From: Candidatus Nanopelagicales bacterium
GTDB taxonomy: Bacteria > Actinomycetota > Actinomycetes > S36-B12 > UBA5976
Reading direction: 5' to 3'
NCBI GenBank assembly: GCA_030834185.1
Contig: JAURFT010000003.1
Location: 1,848 to 65,847, forward strand
Length of the DNA stretch: 64,000 nucleotides
Shown here: positions 1 to 8,979 of the stretch, in pieces
How positions within the stretch are numbered: position 1 is the first letter of the stretch
Layout of the letters: every line of letters starts with the position of its first letter
Notes under the pieces: generated by a model
Told to the model about the DNA's origin: nothing
What the model saw: the letters and a program-made list of their open reading frames with translations, nothing else
Databases searched by the model: none
Position numbers and translations under genes: made by a program

Positions 1-1391
1 GCTCACGGCGTCGAGCGGCAATTCAGCGAACGCTGCTACCGGTGTTACTGCATTGGTGGTCAACTGGTCCAAATCCAGATAAGTCGCTGCTGGCATTTCG
101 GCGCATCAGTGAAGCGCTTGGGGATTCGCCGTGGTTTTTAAGCTCACTTCGCGATGATGCTCAGGTGGCAGAGCGAGTAGCTAAAGTAACGTCAGCGAGC
201 GAATTTTTAGTAAATATGCTGCTGCGAGCACCTGAGACTCTTGCGATGCTGGCAGACAATGCTGAGCTTGTTCCAATCTCAGTTGAAGTATTAAATCAAG
301 AAGCAGCTGCAATAATCTCGCGCCATACCGCTGATCCGCAGCGAGCAGTTGGAGCGCTGCGAGCAATGCGGCGTCGTGAGTTAGTTCGGATCGCCACCGG
401 CGCTGTGCTTGAAATTTTAGATGTAGATCAAATTGGTGCAGCTATAACAACAGTTAATAAAGTTGTGCTGAATTCGACGTTAATTGTGGTTCAAGAAAAA
501 GTTGCAGCTGAAATATCTAAACCAGTGCCAACTGATTTTGCAATGATTGCAATGGGGCGCTTTGGGGGAGCCGAGCTTGGGTTTGGCAGTGATCTGGATT
601 TGATTTTTGTACACCGCCCACATGACGGTGTTGCTGAAACTGAGGCCACCCCAATTGCTACAAAAATTGCAGCTGAGATTAGAAGTTTGTTAATGGCCCC
701 GCACCCAGATCCGGCAATTGAGATTGATGCTGACCTGCGCCCGGAAGGCAAAAAAGGTGCGTTAGTAAGAACTTTGGATAGTTATCAAAGTTATTACGAT
801 AGATGGTCAATCAGCTGGGAGAGCCAGGCGCTGCTGCGGGCAGATTATGCTGCTGGTGACGAAAAACTGGCAGCTGATTTTCTAGAAGTAATAAATCCAC
901 TTCGCTGGCCCAGCAACGGCATGCCCGAAGCTGAGATTCGCGAAGTTCGATTGCTAAAAGCCCGCATGGAGGCAGAGCGACTACCTAAGGGCGCTGATCC
1001 TGTGCTGCATTTAAAACTCGGCAAAGGTGGGCTAAGCGATGTGGAGTGGGTTGCGCAGCTGATTCAGCTTCGGTTTGCTGGCGCGCATGCTGCCTTACAA
1101 AAAACCTCCACAATTGAAACACTACAAGCAGCTGTTGAATTAGCAATAATTACTCAAACCGATGCTGTGGTCTTAATGGACGCTTGGCGGATGAGCACCA
1201 AGATTAGAAATGCCATTACGCTGAGTTTGGGTAAAAACTCTGATTCAATTCCAATTGATCAACAAGATCTACGCAACGTTGCATTTCTGCTTGGTTACGC
1301 AACTGACAGTGCTAATTTAATGGTTGAGCAGTATCTGCGCACAGCGCGAAGATCTAGAGAGGTGTTTGAGCGGCTGTTTTACGATTCTTAA
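1..1391 (+). CDS. glnE: Glutamine synthetase adenylyltransferase GlnE, C-terminal part (5' end outside window)
   Basis: The frame is open from base 3 to the TAA at 1389-1391. The product carries the GlnE-type nucleotidyltransferase motif GRFGGAELGFGSDLDLIFVH. The neighbourhood includes glnA. Confidence 0.85.
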   Translation, partial: SRRRAAIQRTLLPVLLHWWSTGPNPDKSLLAFRRISEALGDSPWFLSSLRDDAQVAERVAKVTSASEFLVNMLLRAPETLAMLADNAELVPISVEVLNQEAAAIISRHTADPQRAVGALRAMRRRELVRIATGAVLEILDVDQIGAAITTVNKVVLNSTLIVVQEKVAAEISKPVPTDFAMIAMGRFGGAELGFGSDLDLIFVHRPHDGVAETEATPIATKIAAEIRSLLMAPHPDPAIEIDADLRPEGKKGALVRTLDSYQSYYDRWSISWESQALLRADYAAGDEKLAADFLEVINPLRWPSNGMPEAEIREVRLLKARMEAERLPKGADPVLHLKLGKGGLSDVEWVAQLIQLRFAGAHAALQKTSTIETLQAAVELAIITQTDAVVLMDAWRMSTKIRNAITLSLGKNSDSIPIDQQDLRNVAFLLGYATDSANLMVEQYLRTARRSREVFERLFYDS

Positions 1392-2494
1392 TCAGCTGGA
1401 ATTTGATCTAGCAGCTCTTGTGAAAGCGGAGTCTTCAGCGTCAAAATGGCTTTTAACCTAATTGGCAGCGGCAATCTGGTGTATCCGGCACTTTCAAGCG
1501 CACCTTGACCTTCACCTCGAATTACAAACCGAGCAAATGGCAGCGCACCGTTATCAACTGAGCTTTCGCATGCCATGACATGCGCAACACCAACAGCAGG
1601 CCAAGCAGATTTAAAGTTAGAGGGGTCAATTAACGGATCTGATAATGATTCATTGACTTTACCGCCATAACCAATTGTTGAAATTAATTGGTTTGGGTTA
1701 CCGCGATTCAGCGTTGCTGTAGCAAGCGATCTCATGGTGTAAACCGGCTCTGGTACTAAAATATCCCCATCATTAACAACCATATTTGCTACGTTTAAAC
1801 CATTAATAACTGCCGTGCCTAGCGACACAATTCCAAAACTACCTTCAATGTTATAAATCTCAGCAGCCATGTCATACAAAGTCTCAAAGTTTTGCTCACC
1901 GCGAACAATGTCGGCTGGTGGCAACTTGCCACCTCCTGCTTCATGCGCCCAAGTAGTCATAGCTAGCACAGCGGAGGACTTTTGTTTAGAACCTAATTTG
2001 ATAACTGGAACTGAATCAAGTTGAAAATCTGGATTCAGGGCCTGAATAATTGGATCGTTCCAGTTTGTTATAGAGCCATCAAGCAGCCCCCCAATTGCAA
2101 CGGCATCTAGAGCAAGCCCTTCAAGGCCAGTTACTTGTAACGAAATTGTGGCTGGGATTCCAAAGGCAGGGGAGATCAAGATTTCACTTGTAGGACAACG
2201 TTGATTAAATAAATTTATTTCTGCACTTGTTGGAGTGTGATCTGAGATAAGCACTTCAGCGGCCGGGTCATTAACTGAGAAGAACGCTGAATGATCAGGA
2301 CATGCGCCAGTTAAGCTGTCTGCGAGCAAGAAGAAGTTATCTGCTAGTTCAGCTGGTCCATCTACTGCAGTTGAAGCAACTTCACAATTAATAGTTGCCT
2401 CAGCTTGACCAGCTAGCACCTCAGGAGGCAGCGGCGGGGTGCAGGCTGAAATCAGCAGCGCTGCAATTACCAAAATTGCGCTTTTGATCTTCAC
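1388..2494 (-). CDS. PstS-like substrate-binding lipoprotein, divergent paralog
   Basis: GTG start at 2494 behind a G-rich SD. Lipoprotein signal MKIKSAILVIAALLISAC. Keeps the PstS-family motif GSITNWNDPIIQALNP, but the canonical RSDxSGTT anion loop reads KLGSKQKSSAVLAMTTW. Confidence 0.55.
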   Translation of the reverse strand: MKIKSAILVIAALLISACTPPLPPEVLAGQAEATINCEVASTAVDGPAELADNFFLLADSLTGACPDHSAFFSVNDPAAEVLISDHTPTSAEINLFNQRCPTSEILISPAFGIPATISLQVTGLEGLALDAVAIGGLLDGSITNWNDPIIQALNPDFQLDSVPVIKLGSKQKSSAVLAMTTWAHEAGGGKLPPADIVRGEQNFETLYDMAAEIYNIEGSFGIVSLGTAVINGLNVANMVVNDGDILVPEPVYTMRSLATATLNRGNPNQLISTIGYGGKVNESLSDPLIDPSNFKSAWPAVGVAHVMACESSVDNGALPFARFVIRGEGQGALESAGYTRLPLPIRLKAILTLKTPLSQELLDQIPAD

Positions 2495-2539
2495 CTACCC
2501 CCCATTTCTTGCTCTAATTAACTTAATCAATATTAACCT

Positions 2540-2576
2540 AAACAGCGCGAGCAGCTAGTAGCCGCTCGCGCTGTTT
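2540..2576 (-). terminator. Hairpin downstream of pstS (possible intrinsic terminator or attenuator before the pstS paralog)
   Basis: Perfect 13-bp inverted repeat AAACAGCGCGAGC / GCTCGCGCTGTTT with an 11-nt loop, 13 nt after the pstS stop. Only a short U run follows. Confidence 0.45.
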
Positions 2577-2588
2577 ATGGGTTTTGGA

Positions 2589-3614
2589 TTATGGCCTTGT
2601 CGCTTTTAGGACCTGACCTAATGCGTATGCCTGCATTTTGCCTGATAGCGCGTTGTACTTAACTGCAGCAGCTCGAGTTGGGCCGCATGTCTTTAGTACA
2701 TACTCAGCAAACTCAATCACACCTTTAACTGGCTTCTTTGGCATGATGTAGTAGGTGTAAACACCCAACTGATAAGCACCCTTGATCTTTGAAATTTTGT
2801 AACGTGGGTACACATAACCGCGAGAGCCTGGCAACGGCTGCGCTGCTAGGAACAAGTTGGTAGCTTGCAAAGTTGGAGCAATGAACTGCTTGGCACCATT
2901 TTGTAGTTTGGCTAGTGGTACACCACCGGTTGAAGCATCGGCGTAATCAACATAACCAATTGAGTTGGTGGTGTTCTTTACTGAAGTCATAACACCCTGG
3001 TTTTGAGGCGAGCCAATGCTGCCTGCTGGCTGAAATGCCGTGTTGAAAACACCTACTTCTTTCCAGTCGCTGGCATGGTTTGATAGATACTGGGTGAATG
3101 CCTGAGTGGTTCCAGATGAATCGGATCGATAAACCACCACAATTGAGGAATTTGGTAGCTTAGCATTTTTGTTTCGCTTCTTGATTGACTTGTCATTCCA
3201 TTTTGTTACTTTTCCACTAAAAATGTCAGTTACGTTCTTAGCGGTCAAATTAAGATTTCGAACACCTGGCACGTTGAAGGGTAGAGTCAGTGGCGCGCCA
3301 GCTAGCGGAATAAAAATGTAGTCTTTGGCTCGAGCTACTTGACTACCTGACCAATAACCATCACTCATCGCGAAGGCTGTGGTGCCAGCAAGCAGCTGAG
3401 CGCGGCCAGATCCGGATCCAACTGATCCATACTGCGCAACAGTAATTGCTGGTCGGGTTGCGTTGTACTGAGAAATGCATTCATCCATGAAGCCTTTTGC
3501 GAAGCTAGCTCCAGCACCTTTAATCTCAGTATTAGCTGAAGCGGCTGGGGTAAGCACGCTAACAACAAGGGCTGCTATGGCTAGCGCACTTGATAATTTA
3601 ATTACACGACGCAT
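2589..3614 (-). CDS. pstS: Phosphate ABC transporter substrate-binding protein PstS
   Basis: Start refined to ATG 3614, with SD GAAGGAG about 9 nt upstream, giving the signal peptide MRRVIKLSSALAIAALVVSVLTPAASA. Motifs GAGASF, VTKWND and YRSDSSGTT are present. Confidence 0.9.
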   Translation of the reverse strand: MRRVIKLSSALAIAALVVSVLTPAASANTEIKGAGASFAKGFMDECISQYNATRPAITVAQYGSVGSGSGRAQLLAGTTAFAMSDGYWSGSQVARAKDYIFIPLAGAPLTLPFNVPGVRNLNLTAKNVTDIFSGKVTKWNDKSIKKRNKNAKLPNSSIVVVYRSDSSGTTQAFTQYLSNHASDWKEVGVFNTAFQPAGSIGSPQNQGVMTSVKNTTNSIGYVDYADASTGGVPLAKLQNGAKQFIAPTLQATNLFLAAQPLPGSRGYVYPRYKISKIKGAYQLGVYTYYIMPKKPVKGVIEFAEYVLKTCGPTRAAAVKYNALSGKMQAYALGQVLKATRP

Positions 3615-3710
3615 AACTGCGTTCTCCTTCGTTTTGCCCATTCCGGGATGTGTGAAAAGTATGGGGTTAAAGCAACCAGTTGTTGATTTAGCAGCCAATT
3701 CAAGTTAGCC

Positions 3711-3732
3711 ATAAAGTGAACAATTAGTAAAC
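3711..3732 (-). promoter_or_regulatory. PHO-box-like tandem 11-nt direct repeats upstream of pstS
   Basis: On the pstS coding strand the sequence reads GTTTACTAATT GTTCACTTTAT, about 97 nt upstream of the ATG. The core GTTCA at 11-nt periodicity matches actinobacterial PhoP direct-repeat units. Confidence 0.5.
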
Positions 3733-3742
3733 TAAGTTGAGA

Positions 3743-4579
3743 TTAACCGAATCGTCCGTTTACGTAATCAGAAGTTCGCTGCTCAACTGGGTTTCCAAAA
3801 ATTTCAGCAGTAGGGCCATGCTCAACAGCAAAGCCTGGGTTGTTATCTTCAGAAAGGAAAAATGCAGTGTAATTGGCAACTCGCTGAGCTTGTTGCATAT
3901 TGTGAGTCACAATTACTACCGTCATAAATTCACTTAATTCACGAATTGTCTGCTCCACTCGAAGCGTAGAACCTGGATCTAAGGCTGAGCATGGCTCATC
4001 CATCAACAATACGTGCGGATCAATTGCTAGTGAGCGCGCAATGCATAGGCGCTGTTGTTGTCCACCAGAAAGCGAACCACCAGTGTTGTTGAGACGATCT
4101 TTAACTTCATTCCAGAGTCCTGCTTGCATTAAAGATTTTTCAACTAATTCATCATGATTGCTGTTGCTTAATTTAGCTAGTCGCAACCCAGAGAGCACAT
4201 TCTCACGAATTGTCATAGCTGGAAATGGATTTGGCTTCTGGAAAACCATACCGATTCGGAGTCGGACATCTACTGGGTTAACTGAAGGATCATAAATATC
4301 AGTTCCTTCAAAAATAACTTCACCAGCTAGGGCTGCGCTTGGAATTAGCTCGTGCATGCGGTTAAGCGTTCTAATGTAGGTGGATTTACCACAGCCAGAG
4401 GGGCCAATTAGCGCAGTCACCGAGTTTTTTGGGAAATTGAGATTTACATCAGCAAGCACCATTCGGGGACCAAACCAAACATGTAGATTCTTTGATGCCA
4501 GCACGACATCAGTATCTGGTACCCCAGACCCTTGAGTTTTTGGCGCTACAAATGGCATAGCCTCTACTGTACTAGTCAT
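3743..4579 (-). CDS. pstB: Phosphate ABC transporter ATP-binding protein PstB
   Basis: Walker A GPSGCGKST, signature LSGGQQQRL and Walker B LLMDEP. TAATG overlap with the pstA stop. Confidence 0.95.
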   Translation of the reverse strand: MTSTVEAMPFVAPKTQGSGVPDTDVVLASKNLHVWFGPRMVLADVNLNFPKNSVTALIGPSGCGKSTYIRTLNRMHELIPSAALAGEVIFEGTDIYDPSVNPVDVRLRIGMVFQKPNPFPAMTIRENVLSGLRLAKLSNSNHDELVEKSLMQAGLWNEVKDRLNNTGGSLSGGQQQRLCIARSLAIDPHVLLMDEPCSALDPGSTLRVEQTIRELSEFMTVVIVTHNMQQAQRVANYTAFFLSEDNNPGFAVEHGPTAEIFGNPVEQRTSDYVNGRFG

Positions 4580-5646
4580 TACTTACCCTTTCGCAGTCCT
4601 GTGCTCAACACTCGAGCTAGTGTGAAAAATATTATTACCAAAACCAACAGCACCAGCGCCGCCGAATAGGCACGAGCTTGCTCCGGCGCAAAGGGTTGTC
4701 TTACGCCGTTAAAGATATACAGCGGCAGCGCTGCCATCGGGCCATCTACTGGGTTGATATTGGTTTTGGCCGAACCAAAAATCGTAAACACCAGCGGAGC
4801 AGTCTCACCGACAACTCGAGCAATACCCAACAACATTGCAGTTATTAATCCCGCTTTGGCAGTTGGTATTACAACCATGCTCACAACTCGAGCCCGTGAA
4901 GCGCCAAGGGCTAGCGCAGCTGCACGAAGCTCCTCAGGCACTAGTCGCAGCACTTCTTCTGCGGTACGAGCAACAGTTGGCAGCATCAAAATTGTGTATG
5001 CCAACGCACCCATGGCGCCGTTGTATTCAGAGATATTGGTGAAAATTAAAGTTGCAAAAATGAACAATCCAGCAACAACTGATGGCACGCCGCTCATGGC
5101 TTGAACCAGACCTTGCACTAACACTCTGCTTCGCCCTCGAACTTCAGTTATATAAACTGCAGTTGCAATTCCAATTGGAACTGAAATTAGCGTTGCAATT
5201 CCAACAATAATTAGCGTACCTAAAATTGCATGCCCAATTCCACCATAGCCAAGCGGGGAAGTTGGCGTAATGAATTCGTTGTTCTGAATTAAAAATTGAA
5301 ACTTCAAAGCTTCAAAGCCTTTGGTCGCAACTGACCAAATCACCGAGCTCATCATGATTGCAACAAATGAAATGGCAAATCCGATAGCTGAAATCAGCAC
5401 GCCATCGCTTAGACCTCGACGTCCTCGATGGATCACGCCAGCTGCTGCACCTGCTGATATCTGCAAAATGATAAACAACACCCCTGCTAAAAAGCCAGAT
5501 AAAATTTCTAAAGCATTTGCAGTAAAAGCAATAAGTCCTGGTGCAATTGAGGCAACAACAACTATTAATACGTCATTTTTTGATTTACGTCGCCATGGCC
5601 GCTGCGGTGCAGGGGGTGATTGCAATGTTTGAGTTTGGGGATTCAT
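4579..5646 (-). CDS. pstA: Phosphate ABC transporter permease PstA
   Basis: Polytopic membrane protein with an EAA-type loop (ALGASRARVV). Positioned between pstC and pstB. Confidence 0.9.
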   Translation of the reverse strand: MNPQTQTLQSPPAPQRPWRRKSKNDVLIVVVASIAPGLIAFTANALEILSGFLAGVLFIILQISAGAAAGVIHRGRRGLSDGVLISAIGFAISFVAIMMSSVIWSVATKGFEALKFQFLIQNNEFITPTSPLGYGGIGHAILGTLIIVGIATLISVPIGIATAVYITEVRGRSRVLVQGLVQAMSGVPSVVAGLFIFATLIFTNISEYNGAMGALAYTILMLPTVARTAEEVLRLVPEELRAAALALGASRARVVSMVVIPTAKAGLITAMLLGIARVVGETAPLVFTIFGSAKTNINPVDGPMAALPLYIFNGVRQPFAPEQARAYSAALVLLVLVIIFFTLARVLSTGLRKGK

Positions 5647-6662
5647 TATTTGTCCGTCACAGTTGCGCGTGCGATGGTGGTGGCAATTACGTTTACTACT
5701 AATGTGATCACAAACAGCACTAAGCCGCCACCAAGCAGCGCTGAGATCTCAAGTGGATCAGCTTCGCTGAACTTAGCCACAATTAGCGATGCAATTGAGC
5801 CACCTTCTGGGTTAACAATCTTGTACCAGTTAATTGAGCCATAAGTTAAATTCAGAACATAGAAAACCGCAACTGTTTCACCAAGTGCTCGACCTAAGCC
5901 GAGCATGGTTGCTGCAACAATTCCGCTTTTGGCAAATGGAAAAGCCACATAGCGCAGCGTCGGCCATAATGTGCCACCTAAAGATTGGGCGGCATTAACT
6001 AGATCAGGCGGAGTTCGGCTAAGCACCTCGCGCGCAACTGAAGTGATAATTGGAGTCACCATTACTGCAAGCACAATGCCACCAATAATTGGCGTACCAA
6101 CCCAGATGCCAAGATCGTTTTTGAAAATGGGAATAAATCCAGCATTTGTAGTTAGCCATTCACCCCACTCCTTACCTTTAGCTGTAAGTGCTGAAATAGC
6201 CCAAAGTCCAAATACGATCGAGGGAATAGCTGCTAGAAAATCGATAATGTTACGCAACAGCCCTGCTACACCGCGTGGCGCAACAAAGACGATAAATACC
6301 GCCAACCCAAGCGAGACTGGCAACCCAATAAGAATTGCAATAATTGCAATTAAAATAGTCCCCCAAAGCATTGCTGCAACACCAAAGACTGGGTCTTCAA
6401 CAGTTTCGCCGCCAGCTGTAGATTTCGAATCCCACTCAGTTGTTGTTAAAAAATTCCAGAAGCCTTGATTTGTGATGGCTGGTAATGATTGATAGACCAA
6501 GAAAAACAAAATCAGCGAGAGCACAATTAGTGAGAAAAATGCCGCTGCCGTCATCCAACGGGCAAAGCGCCGGTCAGCTTTAGTTAGCTGGGCATTGCGA
6601 GGGATCGTTTTGGGCTGCGGGGGTTGGACGACCATGGGGAGAGAATTGCTTAATGAGGCCAA
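5646..6662 (-). CDS. pstC: Phosphate ABC transporter permease PstC
   Basis: Polytopic permease with an EAA loop (AAQSLGGTLWPTLRYV). First gene after the PHO box. The TTG start at 6662 is uncertain (alternative ATG 27 nt downstream). Confidence 0.9.
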   Translation of the reverse strand: MASLSNSLPMVVQPPQPKTIPRNAQLTKADRRFARWMTAAAFFSLIVLSLILFFLVYQSLPAITNQGFWNFLTTTEWDSKSTAGGETVEDPVFGVAAMLWGTILIAIIAILIGLPVSLGLAVFIVFVAPRGVAGLLRNIIDFLAAIPSIVFGLWAISALTAKGKEWGEWLTTNAGFIPIFKNDLGIWVGTPIIGGIVLAVMVTPIITSVAREVLSRTPPDLVNAAQSLGGTLWPTLRYVAFPFAKSGIVAATMLGLGRALGETVAVFYVLNLTYGSINWYKIVNPEGGSIASLIVAKFSEADPLEISALLGGGLVLFVITLVVNVIATTIARATVTDK

Positions 6663-6696
6663 TGCAGCGGGGCAATAGATTTGCCATTAGGGGAAT

Positions 6697-6718
6697 ATAA
6701 GGTGAACTCAAGGTGAAC
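6697..6718 (-). promoter_or_regulatory. PHO box (two tandem 11-nt units) upstream of pstC
   Basis: The coding strand reads GTTCACCTTGA GTTCACCTTAT. The first 9 nt are identical in both units, the period is 11 nt, and the site lies 34 nt upstream of the pstC start, directly after the phoU stop. Confidence 0.6.
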
Positions 6719-6722
6719 TAAT

Positions 6723-7403
6723 TTACAGATTTTCCATTCTGGTCATGGTTTCAATATCTGGCCCTGGTTCACCAGTAATTGAATGAACCACGCTCCTGGA
6801 TAGATTTACAGCGTGATCTCCAATGCGTTCCAAGAATCTTCCAACTAAGGCATACTGTAAAGCAATCTCAATCTCACAATTTCCACTTTTATTAGCTGCA
6901 AAAATCGCTTGTAAAAGATCGCGATGGGTAGCATCAAGCACGGAGTCAGTAGTCACGATCGAGTGAGCCAACGTGTCATCTTTTTTCTGATAAGCCTCAA
7001 CCGCATGCTTAAATTCAAAAGCAGCCTGTCGAGCCATCTCACCAATCAACTGAGATACAGCTGCATCAATTTTAAATCCAACCATTCTGATGGTTGCTTT
7101 GGCTATATTGACAATCAAGTCATGGCTTCGTTCGATATCAGCGATGATTCGAAGTGAAGAGATTGTTCGTCGCAGCTCTGGACCATTTGGTTTTTGCAGC
7201 GCTAAATGCAGATAGCAAAGTTGCTCTAAATCTTCAGCGATTTTATTAAATTTCTCGTCAGCCTTGATGATCTCCTCGGCAGTGATGGTGTCAGAGGCAA
7301 GCAGTGCAAGAGCAGCTTTTGGTAAATTGGCAACTAGCTCATTGCCAAGCAGCACAATGCCAGCTTCAACTTCCTCAATTTTGCTATGGAATGGCTGATT
7401 CAT
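6723..7403 (-). CDS. phoU: Phosphate signalling complex protein PhoU
   Basis: 226 aa with the two-repeat PhoU architecture (DxxVD-like helices; ERIGDHAVN motif). Adjacent to pstCAB. Confidence 0.9.
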   Translation of the reverse strand: MNQPFHSKIEEVEAGIVLLGNELVANLPKAALALLASDTITAEEIIKADEKFNKIAEDLEQLCYLHLALQKPNGPELRRTISSLRIIADIERSHDLIVNIAKATIRMVGFKIDAAVSQLIGEMARQAAFEFKHAVEAYQKKDDTLAHSIVTTDSVLDATHRDLLQAIFAANKSGNCEIEIALQYALVGRFLERIGDHAVNLSRSVVHSITGEPGPDIETMTRMENL

Positions 7404-7419
7404 GGGCAGATGTTAGCGG

Positions 7420-8199
7420 TTATTCATTAAAGGACTCAGGATTGAACCCAATTGGAGCAAAATCGGGTCGCTTTGGTTGTAGATGGTCACCTGAAGACCG
7501 ACCTTGCAGCCGCCGCAGCGCCCATGGCGCCATATGTTCTTTGAGCCATCTGGCATCGCTAATGCGACGCGCTGCCCAGTTTGGATCGGGAGGCAACTCA
7601 ATCTCCGGCCTACGCCAAGAGTCATCAGCTAGACCTAAGGCGTGCAACGCAGCTTTGGCCGCAAATTGATGACCAATACTTGACAGGTGCAGTCGGTCAT
7701 CGCTCCAGAATAAATCGTGATCAAATCCGCGCTCTGGCCAAAAGTCCACAACACTGCAATCGTATTTAGCAGCTAATTTAATAGTTTCATGATTCAAAAA
7801 CCGCAATCTTTCTCTAACTCCAGCCAGTTGTCCTCGATTTTCAGGGTCACCAAAAGCAACCACAAGAACATGAGCCCCTGATCTTCGCAGCTGCGAAATT
7901 CCATGCTCATAAAGTTTGATCACATTAACTGGATCCCAGTTTCGCCGCAGCGCATCATTTACACCGGCAGCAATAGTTACAAGATCGGGTTTCATTTCCA
8001 TAGCAAGCGGAATCTGTTCGTTAATAATTCGATTCATTTTTCTGCCACGTACAGCTAAATTGGCATATTTAAATTCTGAATCTGAAATCGCTAATTTTTC
8101 AGCAGTTCGATCTGCCCAACCACGATATGTGCCATCTGGGTAGGGATCAGAAAGCCCTTCCGAAAACGAATCACCTAAGGCTAGGTATTTTCCCCACAT
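7420..8199 (-). CDS. SGNH/GDSL-family hydrolase
   Basis: Block I LALGDSFSEG, block III AAGVND and block V DRLHLS. Confidence 0.8.
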   Translation of the reverse strand: MWGKYLALGDSFSEGLSDPYPDGTYRGWADRTAEKLAISDSEFKYANLAVRGRKMNRIINEQIPLAMEMKPDLVTIAAGVNDALRRNWDPVNVIKLYEHGISQLRRSGAHVLVVAFGDPENRGQLAGVRERLRFLNHETIKLAAKYDCSVVDFWPERGFDHDLFWSDDRLHLSSIGHQFAAKAALHALGLADDSWRRPEIELPPDPNWAARRISDARWLKEHMAPWALRRLQGRSSGDHLQPKRPDFAPIGFNPESFNE

Positions 8200-8364
8200 G
8201 ATCTAAGTGTATTTAAGGAAGCAGGCCTTCTTCTCGCGCCTGCTTGTATAACTGAGTTTTAATTATCGAGGCTGACGACGAGATGAAGGAGAGCGTCAAT
8301 AGGTTTGACATAGTTGAGGACTTTACCAACATACATATCCGTTGCTGAATAAATCATGGATCAG

Positions 8365-8979
8365 TTAAACATAGTCTCTAACGAATTGAGCAATTGCTTC
8401 TGCCATCATCTGCACAGCAATCGCAGCAAGCAGTAGTCCTGCTAGTTTTGTTGCAACAGTTACGCCACCCACTTTGAGCACTTTCATGATTGGAACAGCA
8501 AACCTCATGACGGCATATAGCACCAGATGCACGAGCAATATAGCTATAGCGATGGCACTGTAATCTAAAGCAGACTCAGCTTGACGAACAAAAACGATTG
8601 TTGCTGCAATAGCGCCAGGGCCGGCCAGTAAAGGAGTGCCAAGTGGCACCAACGCAACACTTACATCACTAATTTTTGTGGGTTCTGAATCTTTTCCAGT
8701 TAATAATTCCAGCGCCACAAGTAATAAAAGTAATCCACCTGAGGCTTGCAGTGCTGGCAGCGAGATATTCAAAAATCCTAAAATTTGATCACCAAAAATC
8801 GCGAACGCAACAATGACGCTAAAGGCCGTTAAAACAGCTTGCCTTGCGAGCTTCTTTTGTTTTGCAGGCGGCTGGTTGCTGACTAATCCCATAAAAACCG
8901 GCATAGTTCCAGGTGGGTCCATAATCACCAACAGCGTGACAAAAACTGTAAAGCCCAAAGTTAATATTGCAGTATCCAT
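8365..8979 (-). CDS. MarC-family integral membrane protein
   Basis: 204 aa with about 6 TM segments. The N-terminal IMDPPG motif is typical of the MarC/UPF0056 family. Confidence 0.75.
   Translation of the reverse strand: MDTAILTLGFTVFVTLLVIMDPPGTMPVFMGLVSNQPPAKQKKLARQAVLTAFSVIVAFAIFGDQILGFLNISLPALQASGGLLLLLVALELLTGKDSEPTKISDVSVALVPLGTPLLAGPGAIAATIVFVRQAESALDYSAIAIAILLVHLVLYAVMRFAVPIMKVLKVGGVTVATKLAGLLLAAIAVQMMAEAIAQFVRDYV

Noticed and set aside
3615-3698. A 28-codon N-terminal extension of the PstS ORF (MAAKSTTGCFNPILFTHPGMGKTKENAV)
   Set aside because: The internal ATG at 3614 has a strong GAAGGAG SD and yields a proper signal peptide. The extension would bury the signal sequence.
5971-6468. 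A 165-aa plus-strand ORF, with similar long antisense ORFs elsewhere (4754-5104, 27295-27666, 36969-37358, 60870-61382, 61793-62284)
   Set aside because: Each is fully antisense to a well-supported gene (pstC, pstA, cobT-like, PfkB kinase, ROK kinase, binding lipoprotein). Their Ser/Ala/Pro/Arg-rich, low-complexity translations are typical of shadow ORFs.
8283-8348. A 21-codon mini-ORF (MKESVNRFDIVEDFTNIHIRC) in the 165-bp marC-SGNH spacer, plus an 8-bp stem hairpin at 8219-8245
   Set aside because: The ORF is too short and has no recognisable features. The hairpin lacks a U tract on the relevant strand. Neither can be supported without comparative data.
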